NCBI RefSeq assembly: GCF_006345805.1
Contig: NW_021835754.1
Span: forward strand, 1 to 64,000
Length of the DNA: 64,000 bases
Origin: Octopus sinensis
Taxonomy: Eukaryota
Direction of reading: 5' to 3'
Shown: one piece after another, positions 36,471 through 50,097 of the stretch
How the letters are laid out: the number at the start of each line of letters is the position of its first letter
Position numbering within the stretch: position 1 is the first letter of the stretch
Translations under genes and position numbers: made by a program
The notes under the pieces: model-generated
Databases searched by the model: none
What the model was told of the DNA's origin: nothing
Seen by the model: the letters and a program-made list of their open reading frames with translations, nothing else

Positions 36471-37084
36471 GTGAAGGGATTAAAGAAGACGTTCCATCTA
36501 CTCTTACTATCCTTCTAGCTCCTTTTCCTTCTTCTACATTCTTCCCCACCCTCTCATTCTCTCTCACTTTCTCATTCTTTTTATCCCATTATTTCCTCAG
36601 ACCCTCTTCTTTTCCTTTCTTTCCTCTCTGTTAGATCCCCTTTCTCTCACTATCCTTCACCCAGCTCCTCACCTTTACACACCCTCCCCTTCCTCCTCCT
36701 CTTCTATCTCATTATTCCTTTTATATTTCGATCTCCCCTTCTCCTTTCTGACACTCTTCCCCCATCTTCCCCTCTGTCTTACTACACACTTCCACAATAT
36801 GTCGTCTGCCCCAGTCAATTAACATTTTACATCGTTCTCCATTTTGTTTCATTTCTTCTTAATTTCTATTTTCGCCGTCTATATTCTTCGCTCTAAAAAT
36901 CTCTTTCTTCTTTCCTCTTCTCCTTCAACCCCATCCCTGCTGCCCCTTTTATTCAATAACTCACTCCAACACCACACCATACTTCCTCAGTTTTGCTTGT
37001 CCCCCCTCTCACGCTCCACTCTCTCTAAGTACTCCTCTCCTCGACCACCTCCACCTATTTAATCCAATCTTTTATAAATATATA

Positions 37085-37253
37085 GGCGCAAGAGTGGCTG
37101 TGTGGTAAGTAGCTTGCTAACCAGCCACATGGTTCCGGGTTCAGTCCCACTGCGTGACATCTTGGGCAAGTATCTTCTGCTATAGCCCCGGCCGACCAAT
37201 GCCTTGTGAGTGGATTTGGTAGACGGACACTGAAAGAAGCCTGTCGTTATATT

Positions 37254-37321
<68 letters not shown>

Positions 37322-37322
37322 G

Positions 37323-37360
<38 letters not shown>

Positions 37361-37580
37361 TTGTGTGTCTGTGTTTGTCCCCCTAGCATTGCTTGACAAC
37401 CGATGCTGGTGTGTTTACGTCCCCGTCACTTAGCGGTTCGGCAAAGAGACCGATAGAATAAGTACTGGGCTTACAAAGAATAAGTCCCGGGGTCGATTTG
37501 ACCTTCCAACAGCAACCCTCTCCAGCAAGGGCCGCAGTCAAATGACTGAAACAAGTAAAAGAGTAAAAGAGTAAAGAGTA
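37085..37580 (+). mobile_element. SINE family A carrying a 33-bp foreign patch
   Basis: Family A sequence, except 37499-37531, which is identical to 38736-38768. Confidence 0.9.
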
Positions 37581-37644
37581 TATATATGTATTCACACATA
37601 CACACACATTATTCACACACACACTTGCACTCTCTCTCTCTCTT

Positions 37645-37675
<31 letters not shown>

Positions 37676-37679
37676 TACA

Positions 37680-39129
37680 CAGGGTGTTCGAGCTAAATTT
37701 GATAGTTTGCAATAACTCATTCAAATATAAAAGTATCGAAAAAACATCAAAAAGTATCAACGCGGTTTTGGCTGAGTGATGACTGTTCACTTGAAATAGC
37801 AACCCTCAGATTCCGCCACAGCCTCAAGACTGTTCCAGAACTTGGTCCATGCATTCCTTACTGTCCCTGGAAAGATCTTTGAACACTTCCTTGACTGTGA
37901 TCACCAGCTCAGCCTTGGAGTCTCAGGAAGAGAAGTTGGTGTCTTTCTTAATTCGTGCCACACACACTAAACCATGGGATTACAATCAAGTGAATTAGGA
38001 GGCCAGAAATTTGGAATGGTGAAGTCGCAGAAATTTTTCGACAGCCATTTCTGACTTTTATTTCTTTATTGCCCACAATGGGCTAAACACAGAAGGGATA
38101 AACAAGGACAGACAAAGGGATTAAGTCGATTACATCGACGCCAGTACGCAACTGGTACTTAATTTATCGACCCCGAAAAGATGAAAGGCAAAGTCGACCT
38201 CGGGGGAATTTGAACTCCGAACGTAAAGACAGACGAAATACCTATTTCTTTACTACCCATAAGAGGCTAAACACAGAGGAGACAATCAAGAACAGACAGA
38301 TGGATTAAGTCGACCATATCGACCCCAGAGCGCGGTAGGCTGGCAGAAACGTTAGCACGCCGGGCGAACTGCGTAGCCGTATTTCGTCTGCCGTTACGTT
38401 CTGAGTTCAAATTCCGCCGAGGTTGACTTTGCTTTTCATCCTATCGGGATCGATAAAATTAAGTAACAGTTACGCACTGGGGTCGATATAATCGACTTCA
38501 TCCGTTTGTCTGTCCTTATTTGTCCCCTCTGTGTTTAACCCCTTGTGGGGAGTAAAGAAATAGGTACTTAGTTTATCGACCCCGAAAGGATGAAAGGCAA
38601 AGTCGGCGGAATTTGAACTCAGAACGTAACGGCAGACGAAATACCGCTAAGCATTTCGCCCGGCGTGCTAACGTTTCTGCCAGCTCGACTCTCTCCGGAA
38701 ATATGACAAGGTGCCGAATCCTGCTACTACATATATGACCTTCCAACAGCAACCCTCTCCAGCAAGGGATTGAGCAGATCTTTGAATAAGTCCTTAGGCC
38801 CAATTCTGAAGGTTATGAGCAGCTTCTCATAACCATCTGAATTGGGCCTAAGGACTTGTTCAAAGATGTGTGTATGAATTTGGTGCACGAACGCAATCCA
38901 AATGCCTAGTGTGTACCTTCCTGTTAGCCACGGTTTTGCATTGAGCAACAGTTATGATTCCCAAGAAAATCATTCTGATGACTTCCAGTTTTCCATGTCA
39001 GCTAACATTATTTCAACTAAACCTTAAATTTTTATGCTCTCCAACGCCGTTGAGCTTTCTCCGATACATCAAGCTATTCTGTAAAGAAAAGTAGACGAAA
39101 AAATCGTCAAATTTAACCCGAACACCCTG
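37680..39129 (-). mobile_element. Tc1/mariner DD37D-like relic with nested SINE C copies
   Basis: TIRs CAGGGTGTTCGAGCTAAATTTGA (37680) and TCAAATTTAACCCGAACACCCTG (ends 39129, then TA). Residual LLERVAVGRSYM..QDSAPCH and KWLSKNFCDFTIPNFWPPNS. Confidence 0.85.
38060..38690. mobile_element. Cluster of SINE family C copies: minus 38060-38335, plus 38336-38553, minus 38555-38690
   Basis: Family C head, core and tail in alternating orientation. Confidence 0.85.
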
Positions 39130-39913
39130 TATGTATGCATGCATGTATGTATGTATGTATGTATGTATGTATGTATGTATGTATGTATGTATGTATGTAT
39201 GTATGTATGTATTGCATGCATTTATGTATGTATGTATGTATGTATGTATGTATGTATGTATGTATGTATGTATGTATGTATGAATATATGTACGTATGTA
39301 TGTATGTATGCATGCATGCATTTATGTATGTATGTATGCATGCGTGTATGTATGTATGCATGTATGTGTGTATGTGTGTATGTATGCATGTATGTGTGTA
39401 TGTGTGTTGTATGCATGTATGTGTGTAGTGTGTATGTATGCATGTATGTGTGTATGTGTGTATGTATGCATTGTATGTGTGTATGTGTGTGCGCCTGGGT
39501 GTTTGTATATGTTTGTATGTTTATCGCTTTTTCTATTTGGTACAACCAATGTAATATATATATATATATATATATAATATAATATATATATATATAGTTT
39601 ATGTATGTATGTATGTAACTTGCACAGCTGCCGACCGGAGATTACAACGATTTTCGGCACCTTCCGGTTGTATAGCTCCCTCTGGTGGTGCTAAACTGTA
39701 CAGATGTCACCAGGGAACATCCGGTTTCTTTTTGGTCACGCTGTAGCTTGCTTTTTCGCTGCTTCCTGCCACGCAAGCAGCCGCCACACCAAACTGAATG
39801 CATCTCTAACCATTCCAACCATACACTAACGATTTTCTTTCACAATTCCCTTAGGATGTGTTCTTGACTCTCAGAAAAAGTTGTTTTTTTTCTCTTATGC
39901 ATCGATTATATCT

Positions 39914-40126
39914 TTACTCTTTTACTCTTTTACTTGTTTTCAGTCATTTGACTGTGGCCATGCTGGAGCACCGCCTATAGTCGATCAAGTCGACCCCAGG
40001 ACTTATTCTTTGTAAGCCTAGTACTTATTTTATTGGTCTATTTTGCCGAACCACTAAGTTACGGGGATGTAAACACACCAGCATCGGTTGTCAAGTGATG
40101 TTGGGGGGACAAACACAGACACACAA

Positions 40127-40162
<36 letters not shown>

Positions 40163-40369
40163 ACACACACACACATATATATATTATATATATATATACA
40201 TATATACAACAGGCTTCTTTCAGTTTCTGTCTACCAAATCCACTCACAAGGCTTTGGTCGGCCCGAGGCTATAGTAGAAGACACTTGCCCAAGGTGCCAC
40301 GCAGTGGGACTGAACCCTGAACCATGTGGTCGGTAAACAAGCTACTTACCACACAGCCACTCCTACGCC
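39914..40369 (-). mobile_element. SINE family A
   Basis: Full reverse-complement copy. Confidence 0.9.
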
Positions 40370-40955
40370 TATGTTAAAGTTGTTTCTGTTTTCTTGTCCA
40401 GTTTACCAATATTACTGTTATTTTCCCGCAATCCAATTCAAACTGGTTAGACATAACGTATCAAGATACAAACCTGTGACATTCCACTTCTATTGCAAGC
40501 CCTGTACACTGTATTCCATGCCCGTTACACGACTAACTCTTTCATATTTTAAACCACTCTGCAATAACTTTCCCAGACGCCGCTAACTCATCAAATGTGG
40601 TTAATCAACTCCGACCAGTGATTCAGCCAAACAGCTGCTTTGGTCATTACAATAAGGTTTGATCACACAACCTCTTATTTCAGATTTAGTCGTAGAATTT
40701 GGTTTTACCTAGCACACCATTCAGCTTTTGATCCTTTGTGTACGCGCTAGCCTGCTTGTCGCTTATTTCTGTGTTAGTGTAAATAGACGGATCACTGTTC
40801 TATAGCTGGATACTCATATTTTATTCTTGTTTCTCAAGGGAATGAGAAATCTATCCATACATATATGTATTTGTTTTCACACATACGCAACAATGTGAAC
40901 AATCTAACGTCATGACAACTGTTTATATATATATATATAATATATACTATATATA

Positions 40956-40987
<32 letters not shown>

Positions 40988-41038
40988 CGTCTTCTATGAG
41001 TTATCGTTCTTGTCCATGTTGTATTTTTCTACATACCA

Positions 41039-41124
<86 letters not shown>

Positions 41125-41199
41125 TATATATCAATATACATATATAATAATATATATTATATATATATATATTATATATATATATATATAGATATATAT

Positions 41200-41230
<31 letters not shown>

Positions 41231-41273
41231 CCATATATACATATATTATATATATATATATATATAATATATG

Positions 41274-41305
<32 letters not shown>

Positions 41306-41322
41306 ATATAAATATAATATAT

Positions 41323-41358
<36 letters not shown>

Positions 41359-41378
41359 GTATATATATATATATAATA

Positions 41379-41784
41379 CAGGAGTGGCTGTGTGGTAAGG
41401 AGCTTGCTTATCAACCACATGGTTCTTCATTGAGTCCCACTGCGTGGCACCTTGGACAAGCATGTGTCTTCTACAATAGCCTCGGGCCGACCAAAGCCTT
41501 GTGAGTGGATTTGGTAGACGGAAACTGAAGGAAACCCGTCGTATATATGTATATATATATGTATGTGTGTGTGTATATGTTTGTGTGTCTGTGTTTGTCC
41601 CCCCCCACCCACGATCGCTTGACAACTGAAGATGGTGTGTTTACGTCCCCGTAACTTAGCGGTTCGGCAAAAGAGACCGATAGAATAAGTACTAGGCTTC
41701 CAAAGAATAAGTCCTGGGGTCGATTTGCTCGACTAAAGGTGGTGCTCCAGCATGGCCGCAGGGAAACGACTGAAACAAGTAAAA

Positions 41785-41785
<1 letters not shown>
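41379..41785 (+). mobile_element. SINE family A
   Basis: Family A sequence following a long (TA)n. Confidence 0.88.
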
Positions 41786-41856
<71 letters not shown>

Positions 41857-42665
41857 TTATTCTTTTACTTGTTTCAGTCATTCGACCAAAGCAACGATTT
41901 GGTTCTATCGCTAATCCGAGTTGATTAACCACAGTTGATTAATTAGTGGCGTCTGTGAAAATTTTTGTAGAGTTGTTTAAAGCTGGAGCCAAACAATTTT
42001 TCTGCTGATATATGATAACATCACAATGTCACATTTTGTCCATTTTCAAGAGAAGTCGCAAATAGTTACTTTTGAAGTCTTCTTTGAACAGTCAGATGAG
42101 TTAAAGAGACAACGCAGTTATTAATGTACAAAAAAAAAAGCCATCGGAGGGGCGATGCTGCATACCCTGCGCGCAGATAGTTTTTTTCGCAAATTATAGC
42201 GTGGCTTAGAATGCGTTGTTTATCCATGCTTTTTAATTGAACTGAATTAAGCTCTGTAAGTGTTTGACTAAAAGAGGATTAGAAGCGTTAAGTAGATGAC
42301 AGCTAAAAGTAGACTTGATCGATGTCTACGCCAAACGTATATGAGTAAAAATTTGCCTATGACTAAATAAATGATTATTCAAATAATAATCGTGATTAAG
42401 AAAAAGAAAGAGAACAAAATGAAATACTTATAGAAAATATTGCATAGAACTTGAGAAGTGTTTTCAACATCTTTCAATAATGGCAGGGGAATCAAACGTG
42501 CTGTAGTTCGTTGTAGGATATAAATAATATGACTGCTTGCTTATTGGGAAATTTGTAAGTTCGATTTTTTAAAAAAATTATTATTTTTTTAAGTATCACC
42601 ATTATAAGTATTTATACTCCGGTGAAATCAACACATAAGTAAAAACCCTCGAATCCATCACCGTA

Positions 42666-42730
<65 letters not shown>

Positions 42731-42826
42731 TTGCATATGTATATATGTATGTATGTACCCACATGTGTCTACGTGAATAGGTACACCATGATCTATACAT
42801 ATGCAGACGAGGGTCGAATCAAATGA

Positions 42827-43039
42827 TGGCCTAATAGTTAGGGCAGCGGACTTGCGGTCGGAGGATCGCGGTTTCGATTCCCAGACCGGGCGTTGTGTGT
42901 GTTTATTGAGCGAAAAAACACCTAAAAGCTCCACGAGGCTCCGGCAGGAGGTGGTGATCCCTGCTGTACTCTTTCACCACTCTAAAAGGTGGTGCTCCAG
43001 CATGGCCGCAGTCAAATGACTGAAACAAGTACAAAAAAA
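42827..43039 (+). mobile_element. Chimeric SINE: family B 5' part fused to family A 3' end
   Basis: ...CTGTACTCTTTCACCACT (B) | CTAAAAGGTGGTGCTCCAGCATGGCCGCAGTCAAATGACTGAAACAAGTA (A); junction near 42982. Confidence 0.8.
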
Positions 43040-43208
43040 TATATATATATATATATATTTATAGAAGGAGCTTCTACAGGACTATAACTGTTTCATTCAA
43101 AAGAAATCATCAGAATTTACTCTGCTATGTATTGAGTACCTTATTTACTGTGGTTAACCCCGACTCAACCCGGGACCTACATATATATATATATATATAT
43201 ATAATATA

Positions 43209-44700
43209 TTAGGTTGAATAAAATGTAAGCAACGTTTTAAACCATGAAGAATTTGTTCCGGATTTTTGCAGTTTTGCATTTTTAAACAATATTCTTTTTT
43301 TTGCAATTGTCTGATAATGCAAACATAGACTTACCCAAATGCATCAATAAATTAAAATAGATATTTTTTTCGCCGTTGTTACAATCATCTGAAATGGAAC
43401 TATCAAAGCGCGATATTCGACCAATTTTGCTATTCAACTTCAAAAAAGGACGCAAAGCAGCTGAAACTGCTCGCGATATCAACGAAACGTTCTGTGAGGA
43501 AATGACCAGTGAGTGGTCAGCTCGAACATGATTTAAACGATTTCGCAGTGGAGACCTTTGCCTTAAAAACCGTGAGCGTAGTGGATGCCCGTCTGTCATC
43601 GATGATGGTTAATTAAAGACTGTCATTGAAAAAGATCCATGTAAAACCACTTGAGAACTGGAAAAAGAACTTCAAGTTAGCCAGAAAACTGCCTGCAATC
43701 ATTTGTATGTGATCATAAAATCACAAAAGTGGAGGCGCAATGGCCCAGTGGTTAGGGCAGCGGACTCGAGGTCATAGGATCGCGGTTTCGATTCCCAGAC
43801 CGGGCGTTGTGAGTGTTTATTGAGCGAAAACACCTAAAGCTCCACGAGGCTCCGGTAAGGATGGAGCTGATCCCTGCTGTACTCTTTCACCACAACTTTC
43901 TCTCACTTTTACTTCCTGTTTCTGTTGTACCTGTATTTCAAAGGCCGGCCTTCCCTCTCTCTTCACGGCTGTCTCTCTGTGTCACGCTGAATATCCCCGA
44001 GAACTACGTTAAGGTACACGTGTCTGTGGAGTGCTCAGCCACTTACACGTTAATTTCACGAGCAGGCTGTTCCGTTGATTCGGATCAACCGGAACCCTCG
44101 TCGTCGTAACCGACGGAGTGCTTCCATCCAAAAGTCACAAAAGCTCGAAAAATGGGTACCACATGATTTGAATGAAAATTGGAAAATGCGCAGATATAAA
44201 ATTTGCCGGTCACTTCTTCTCCGTAACCAGACTGATTCATTTCTCAAGTGTTTTGTAACTTGCAATGTAAAGTGGATTCTGTACAATAATGAAAAAGGTT
44301 CTTCGCAGTGGTTAGACCAAAATGAAGCACCAAAAGACTTCCCTAAACCCGAGCTCTTCAAAAAGAAGGTTATGGTGACTGTTTGGTGGTGTACAGCTGG
44401 CTTCATCTACTATAAATTCTTAAAATCCGGAAAAACCATTACTACAGAAACCTATTGCCACGAAATTGCCAAAATGAACGAAAAATTGCTACTCCTCCGT
44501 CCCAGACTGGTCAACAGAAGAGGGCCAATCATTCTTCATGCCAATGCTCGACCAAACGTTTCACTTGTAATGTTCCAGAAGTTGAGGGAACTTGGCTACG
44601 AAGTTCTTCCCCACCCAGCTTATTCCCCAAACCTTTCTCCTACCAACTATCACTTTTTCAAACACTTGGATAGTTTCCTGTGAGAGAAGGAGTAAAAATC
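43209..44700 (+). mobile_element. Mariner (DD34D, Mos1-like) relic; transposase pseudogene 43394-44683; right TIR not seen
   Basis: Left TIR-like TTAGGTTGAATAAAATGTAAG; MELSKRDIRPILLFNFKKGRKAAETARDIN..., KWVPHDL, VTCNVKWILY, LHANARP and YSPNLSPTNYHF. Three stops in the N-terminal part. Confidence 0.9.
43731..44129 (+). mobile_element. SINE family B inserted in the mariner ORF
   Basis: TSD TCACAAAAG at 43721-43729 and 44135-44143. Confidence 0.9.
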
Positions 44701-44978
44701 AACCCGATGCTGAAAGTGGTCGATGGAAATTCAAAAAAGCCCGTCGTGTAAATATATATATACATGTAATTGGACAAAGCGGACAGAGGCACTGAAATTC
44801 AAAAAAGGCTGACGACTAGCATCATGCTTGAAACTCAAGAGTACCAACAAATTCAAATTTGAATCAAATTGTTCTTATCCATCCATATGTGTGTGTGTGT
44901 GTGTGTGTGTATGTATATGTATATGTATATACATACACACACATATGAATGGATAAGCACATATATATATATATGTAT

Positions 44979-45373
44979 AGTGGCTGTGTGGTAAGATGTT
45001 TGCTTCCCAACCACATGGCTACGGGTTCAGTCCTACTGTGTGGCACCTTGGCCAAGTGTCTTCTACTATAGCTTCGAGCCCAAAGCTTTGTGAGTGGATT
45101 TGGTAGACGGAAGCTGAAAGAAGCCCTTCGTATATATATATATATATATATGTATGTATTTGTGTGTCTGTGGTTGTTCCCCTACAATCGCTTCACAACC
45201 GATGTTGGTGTGTTTACGTTCCCGTAACTTAGCAATTCGGCAAAAGAGCCTCACAGAATAAGTACTAGGCTTACAAAAAATTATCCTGGGTCGATTTGTT
45301 CGTCTAAAGGCAAAGCTCCAGCATGGCCGCAGTCAAATGACTGAAACAAGTAAAATAATAAAAGAATAAAAGA
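44979..45373 (+). mobile_element. SINE family A, diverged
   Basis: Family A sequence. Confidence 0.85.
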
Positions 45374-45922
45374 ATGTGGACACACACTTACACAGTCACA
45401 CACAAACATACACACACTCACACATATGCATACACACACTCACAAGCACACATATGCACATATAAATGCACTCACGCACACCATGTATAAATACAGTATC
45501 GCATATCAGTCGATTCGGTTTGGTTCTCGTCAATGACCTGCCCTCGCTAGCCTAGTGACCAGGCTGGAGCAACGAGGATGAGTCAATAACGAAAACCTGA
45601 TCGGTTTCAAAGGGACTCTGGCAAACCGATTTATATATTGAGTGATCAAACGATTAGTCAAATCATCTAGTAATTAATCGGTTATCGAGTTAATTAATTG
45701 ACTTACAATAATAAAAAAAATGAAGAGAAATAGAACCAGTGCATGTGTTGTTATTGGTAAAGAGAGCTCCTGAAATACATACACACAACACATGTATGTG
45801 ACTATACACATACACACACACGTGTGTCTGTATTCATTTAACACATAATATAATGCATATAATATATATATATATATATTATATATATATATATATTATA
45901 TAATATATATATATAAAATAAA

Positions 45923-45971
<49 letters not shown>

Positions 45972-45974
45972 GTA

Positions 45975-46190
45975 TATATATAGTTATCAAACATGAAAGC
46001 ACAACAAAAAAACACAACAACGCGAGACGTGGAACAAATATACTATTATTGGACGCTCAGGAAGAAGGGAAGAAGGAGTGTTTAACGTTTCGAGCGGAGC
46101 TCTTCGTCGGAAGCATAGGAGAAGGAAAGATCCCGAGAAGGGAAGACAGAGGGAAAAAAATCGCCGACGGTACACATATATTTGTATACA
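45975..46190 (-). mobile_element. Penelope-like element remnant with hammerhead-like motif
   Basis: Minus strand GCTTCCGACGAAGAGCTCCGCTCGAAACGTTAAAC (46080-46114); homologous to 4640-4810. Confidence 0.55.
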
Positions 46191-46194
46191 TATA

Positions 46195-46578
46195 GGAGCA
46201 GGAGTGGCTGTGTGGTAAGGAGCTTGCTTACCAACGACATGGTACCGGGTTCAGTCCCACTGCGTGGGACCTTGGGTAAGTGTCTTCTACTATAGCCTCG
46301 GGCCGACCAAAGCCTTGTGAGTGGATTTGGTAGACGGAAACTGAAAGAAGCCCGTCGTATATATGTGCGTGTATATGTTATGTTTGTGTGTCTATGTTTG
46401 TCCCCCCAAACGATGCTGGTGTGTTTACGTCCCCGTAACTTAGCGGTTCGGCAAAAATGTCCGATAGAATAAGTATAGGCTTACAAAGAATAAGTCCTGG
46501 GGTCGATTTGACCCTAAAGGCGGTGCTCTAGCATGGCCACAGTCAAATGACTGAAACAAGTAAAAGAGTAAAAAGAGT
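46195..46578 (+). mobile_element. SINE family A
   Basis: Family A sequence. Confidence 0.9.
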
Positions 46579-46593
46579 ATATGTTTATATGTG

Positions 46594-46652
<59 letters not shown>

Positions 46653-46762
46653 TATACGTGTAACATATGTACATAGGTTACACACTCACACGTATACATA
46701 TATATATATGTACATATGTGTGTGTGTGTGTATATATATGTATATATATATATGTATGTATA

Positions 46763-46801
<39 letters not shown>

Positions 46802-47119
46802 CTGCATAGTATATGTGTGCATGTATGTATATATGAATGTTCACACACACACACACATATATATGTTTGTCACGCTGAGTGTGTGTTGATAGTTGCCTTT
46901 TCTTTGGGCATAGATAGTGACAGGGTGTAAAGAGTGAGGGAGGGAGGGAGAGAAAGAAAGACGGATGAGGAGAGGGAGGGAGCGAGGAGGGAGCGAGGGA
47001 GGGAGAAAGTGAAAGAGATTGTGTTTTTGTTGTTGTTGTTTATTGTTTGATGATCTGAAAGTGGGGGAGGCGACAGAAAGATTAGGCAGGATTACACAAT
47101 AAAAACATGACTGCAAACA

Positions 47120-47562
47120 ATAATTACTACCACCACCACCACCACTACCACCACCACAACCACCACCACCACCACCACCACCACCTTAGCCACTATCACT
47201 ATTGCGGCTACCTATACCACCACTACCACTATTACCATCGCCACACCAAAACTGCCACAATATCTACCACCACTAAGACCACCACCACCACCACTGTTAC
47301 ATCCACCATCACCACCACTGCTACCATCACCATGCTACAGAATGTCCCTTCATTCGTTGCCCTTATTGTAAATCAAGAAAATCATCATCATCATCGTTAT
47401 CATTATCGTCTCCGTCATCGTCGTAGTCGTCGTCGTCGTCATCATCATCATCATCATTATTATTATTATTCTAATTGCTACTACTACTATTACTAAATAA
47501 TAAAAATGATGTTGATGATGATGATGATGATGAGGATGATGAATATGATGATAATAATAATG

Positions 47563-47599
<37 letters not shown>

Positions 47600-47803
47600 G
47601 TATGATGATGATGATGATGATGATAATAATAATGATAATAATAATAATAATAATTATTATTATGATGATGATAGATGGTGATTGATGATATAATAATAAA
47701 ATGTAATAATAATAATAATAATTAATTGCTGATGAATGATGATGATTTTAGGTGATGATGATGATAATAATAATAATGAATAATAATAATAATATTATGA
47801 ATG

Positions 47804-47850
<47 letters not shown>

Positions 47851-47854
47851 TATG

Positions 47855-47886
<32 letters not shown>

Positions 47887-47985
47887 AATAATAATAATAA
47901 TTATGATGATGATGATATTATGATGGTGATGATGATATAATAATAATAATGATAATAATAATAATAATTATGATGAATAATAATA

Positions 47986-48047
<62 letters not shown>

Positions 48048-48317
48048 GTGATGATGAAATCAGTAATAACAATACCCACAACAAGAAGAAGAATCCTACC
48101 ACAACCAGCACCATCACCACCACTACCACGAACCATAACAACAACGATAATGATAATTATAAATTAGAATGTTAATCATAAATGATGGTGGCGATGGCGT
48201 TGGTGATGTGTGACGTTTACGTTGAAGAATGTCCATTTCAACATGGCGTCCGTGCGTGCCAGACATAGTTGTAAGGTAAAGAGGTGTGTTGATCACACTG
48301 GCTTCCAAATAGACACA

Positions 48318-48357
<40 letters not shown>

Positions 48358-49145
48358 CACACACTCACACACACACACGCACGCACACACACACTCACAC
48401 ACACACGCGCACATATTTATATATTCATGCACAAACACATATACATGTACACACACACACACGCACTCACACACACACGCACGCACACTCACACACACAC
48501 CCACACACACACACACATATTTATATATTCATGCACAAACACATATACATGTACACACGTACACACACACACACACACACACATACTTCGCTGATTAACG
48601 TGCGGCAGCCTTATAAATAGAATCAAATCAATAGGAGGAAGGGAGGTTGGGTGGGGTGGGGTGGGGTGTGGTGGGATTGAGGGGAGGGGTAGTTAAGGGT
48701 GAGGAGAGGTGGAGAGTGAAAGTGAAGAGAATCTCGGTGAAACGTAGCTAGATTTTTTTTTATCTCTTTCCCCACCACTAATCAGCAGCATCGCCACCAC
48801 CGCCACCACCACCACCACCGCCACTACCACCGCCACCACCACCACCATCACCACCGCCACCACCACCACCGCTGCCGCCAATAATAACGACAACACAACA
48901 AAAAACCACCACCATCATTACCACCACCACCACCACCACCACTATTTCCTTGAGCACCATCGTTAACACCACCACCACTGTCTTCGCAACCACCATCACT
49001 ACGACCAATAAGTACAACAGCAACACTCTCTTCCATCACCACCATCTCCATCAGCACCCCTATTACTACCACCATGATTACCACTCCCATCATCACCACC
49101 ACTACCACCACCATCACCACTACCACCACCACCACCACTACCACA
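47120..49145. repeat. Degenerate trinucleotide field (CAC)n, (CAT)n, (AAT/GAT)n, plus (CA)n
   Basis: Direct inspection. Confidence 0.9.
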
Positions 49146-49867
49146 TTTGGTAGACCCTAATCTGTCAACGTCTTTTGCGTGGGGCGACACAGAAACGGAC
49201 CATGTCTCCCGTACTCCATCTTCAGTTCGTGATTCTGATAATATTTTTACTTAAATTCTGTCAATCGTTTCTCTTCTCTTCCAGCCATCTTCCACCTGTA
49301 CTAATTAACACAGAAATACTTTACCTTTCCTTATTGACCAATTATTGGTTTGTTTTCCGAATGACCGTCAATTTCATATCGCCATCGTACAGAACTAAAA
49401 CTACAGAACTAAACAGTATTTGATTGATTCAAATTAATAGATTTCTAACGCAGAGTCTGTTTAATATTAATTAATTCATTAATTTTGTTTAAATATTATT
49501 ATACTGTACCAATTTATACAGTTTCGTGTTTCTAGAATGAAAATTAAAGGAGGGAAAGTATGTATAGTACTACATAGTACTGCACAGAATTCCTGAATTT
49601 CTGAAAGCCGGATAAACGATCTGTTACTTTATACATGCGATCTAATTTGTTCAGGTAAAGTGTGGTAGCCTTCGACTGTTTCCACTCCTTTCCGGCCCCA
49701 ATTACAATCCCTTTGACACAAGACGAGTGAGGTAGGAACCTTTGGTAGCTGACTTATTCTTGATGGCTTCTGAGATAGAGGACAAACCCGATTCAGTGAT
49801 AAACCCTGAACCGAGAATCGGTGTTGTTATTCCTCACTCTCATCTTCATCCTCTTTTCGCTGTTACT

Positions 49868-50097
49868 TATTTCTTTACTACCCTCAAGGGGCTAAACACA
49901 GAGAAGACAAACAAGGACAGACAAACGTATTAAGTCGATTACATCGACCCAGTGCGTAACTGGTATTTAATTTATCGACCCCGAAAGGATGGAAGGCAAA
50001 GTCGACCTCGGCGGAATTTGAACTCAGAACGCAGCGGCGGACGAAATACCGCTAAGCATTTCGCCCGGCGTGCTAACGATTCTGCCAACTCGCCGCC
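49868..50097 (-). mobile_element. SINE family C, full single-body copy
   Basis: Head, core and tail are present. Confidence 0.9.

Noticed and set aside
40540-41990. Diverged inverted similarity between about 40540-40650 and 41885-41990
   Set aside because: Low identity; most likely two old copies of an unidentified repeat, not a functional hairpin or TIR pair.
43731-43810. tRNA gene
   Set aside because: The A/B-box head continues into a multi-copy SINE body with TSDs; no proper acceptor stem.
44075-44127. ORF start of a 202-aa transposase
   Set aside because: The N-terminal residues come from the SINE B tail; the true transposase start is at 43394.
45570-45625. GGATGAGTCAATAACGAAAACCTGATCGGTTTC hammerhead-like motif
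   Set aside because: The core reads AGGAUGA rather than CUGAUGA and there is no stem I.
47107-49153. His-, Thr- or Gly-rich coding exons
   Set aside because: Degenerate CAC/CAT/AAT repeats with no splice or domain evidence.
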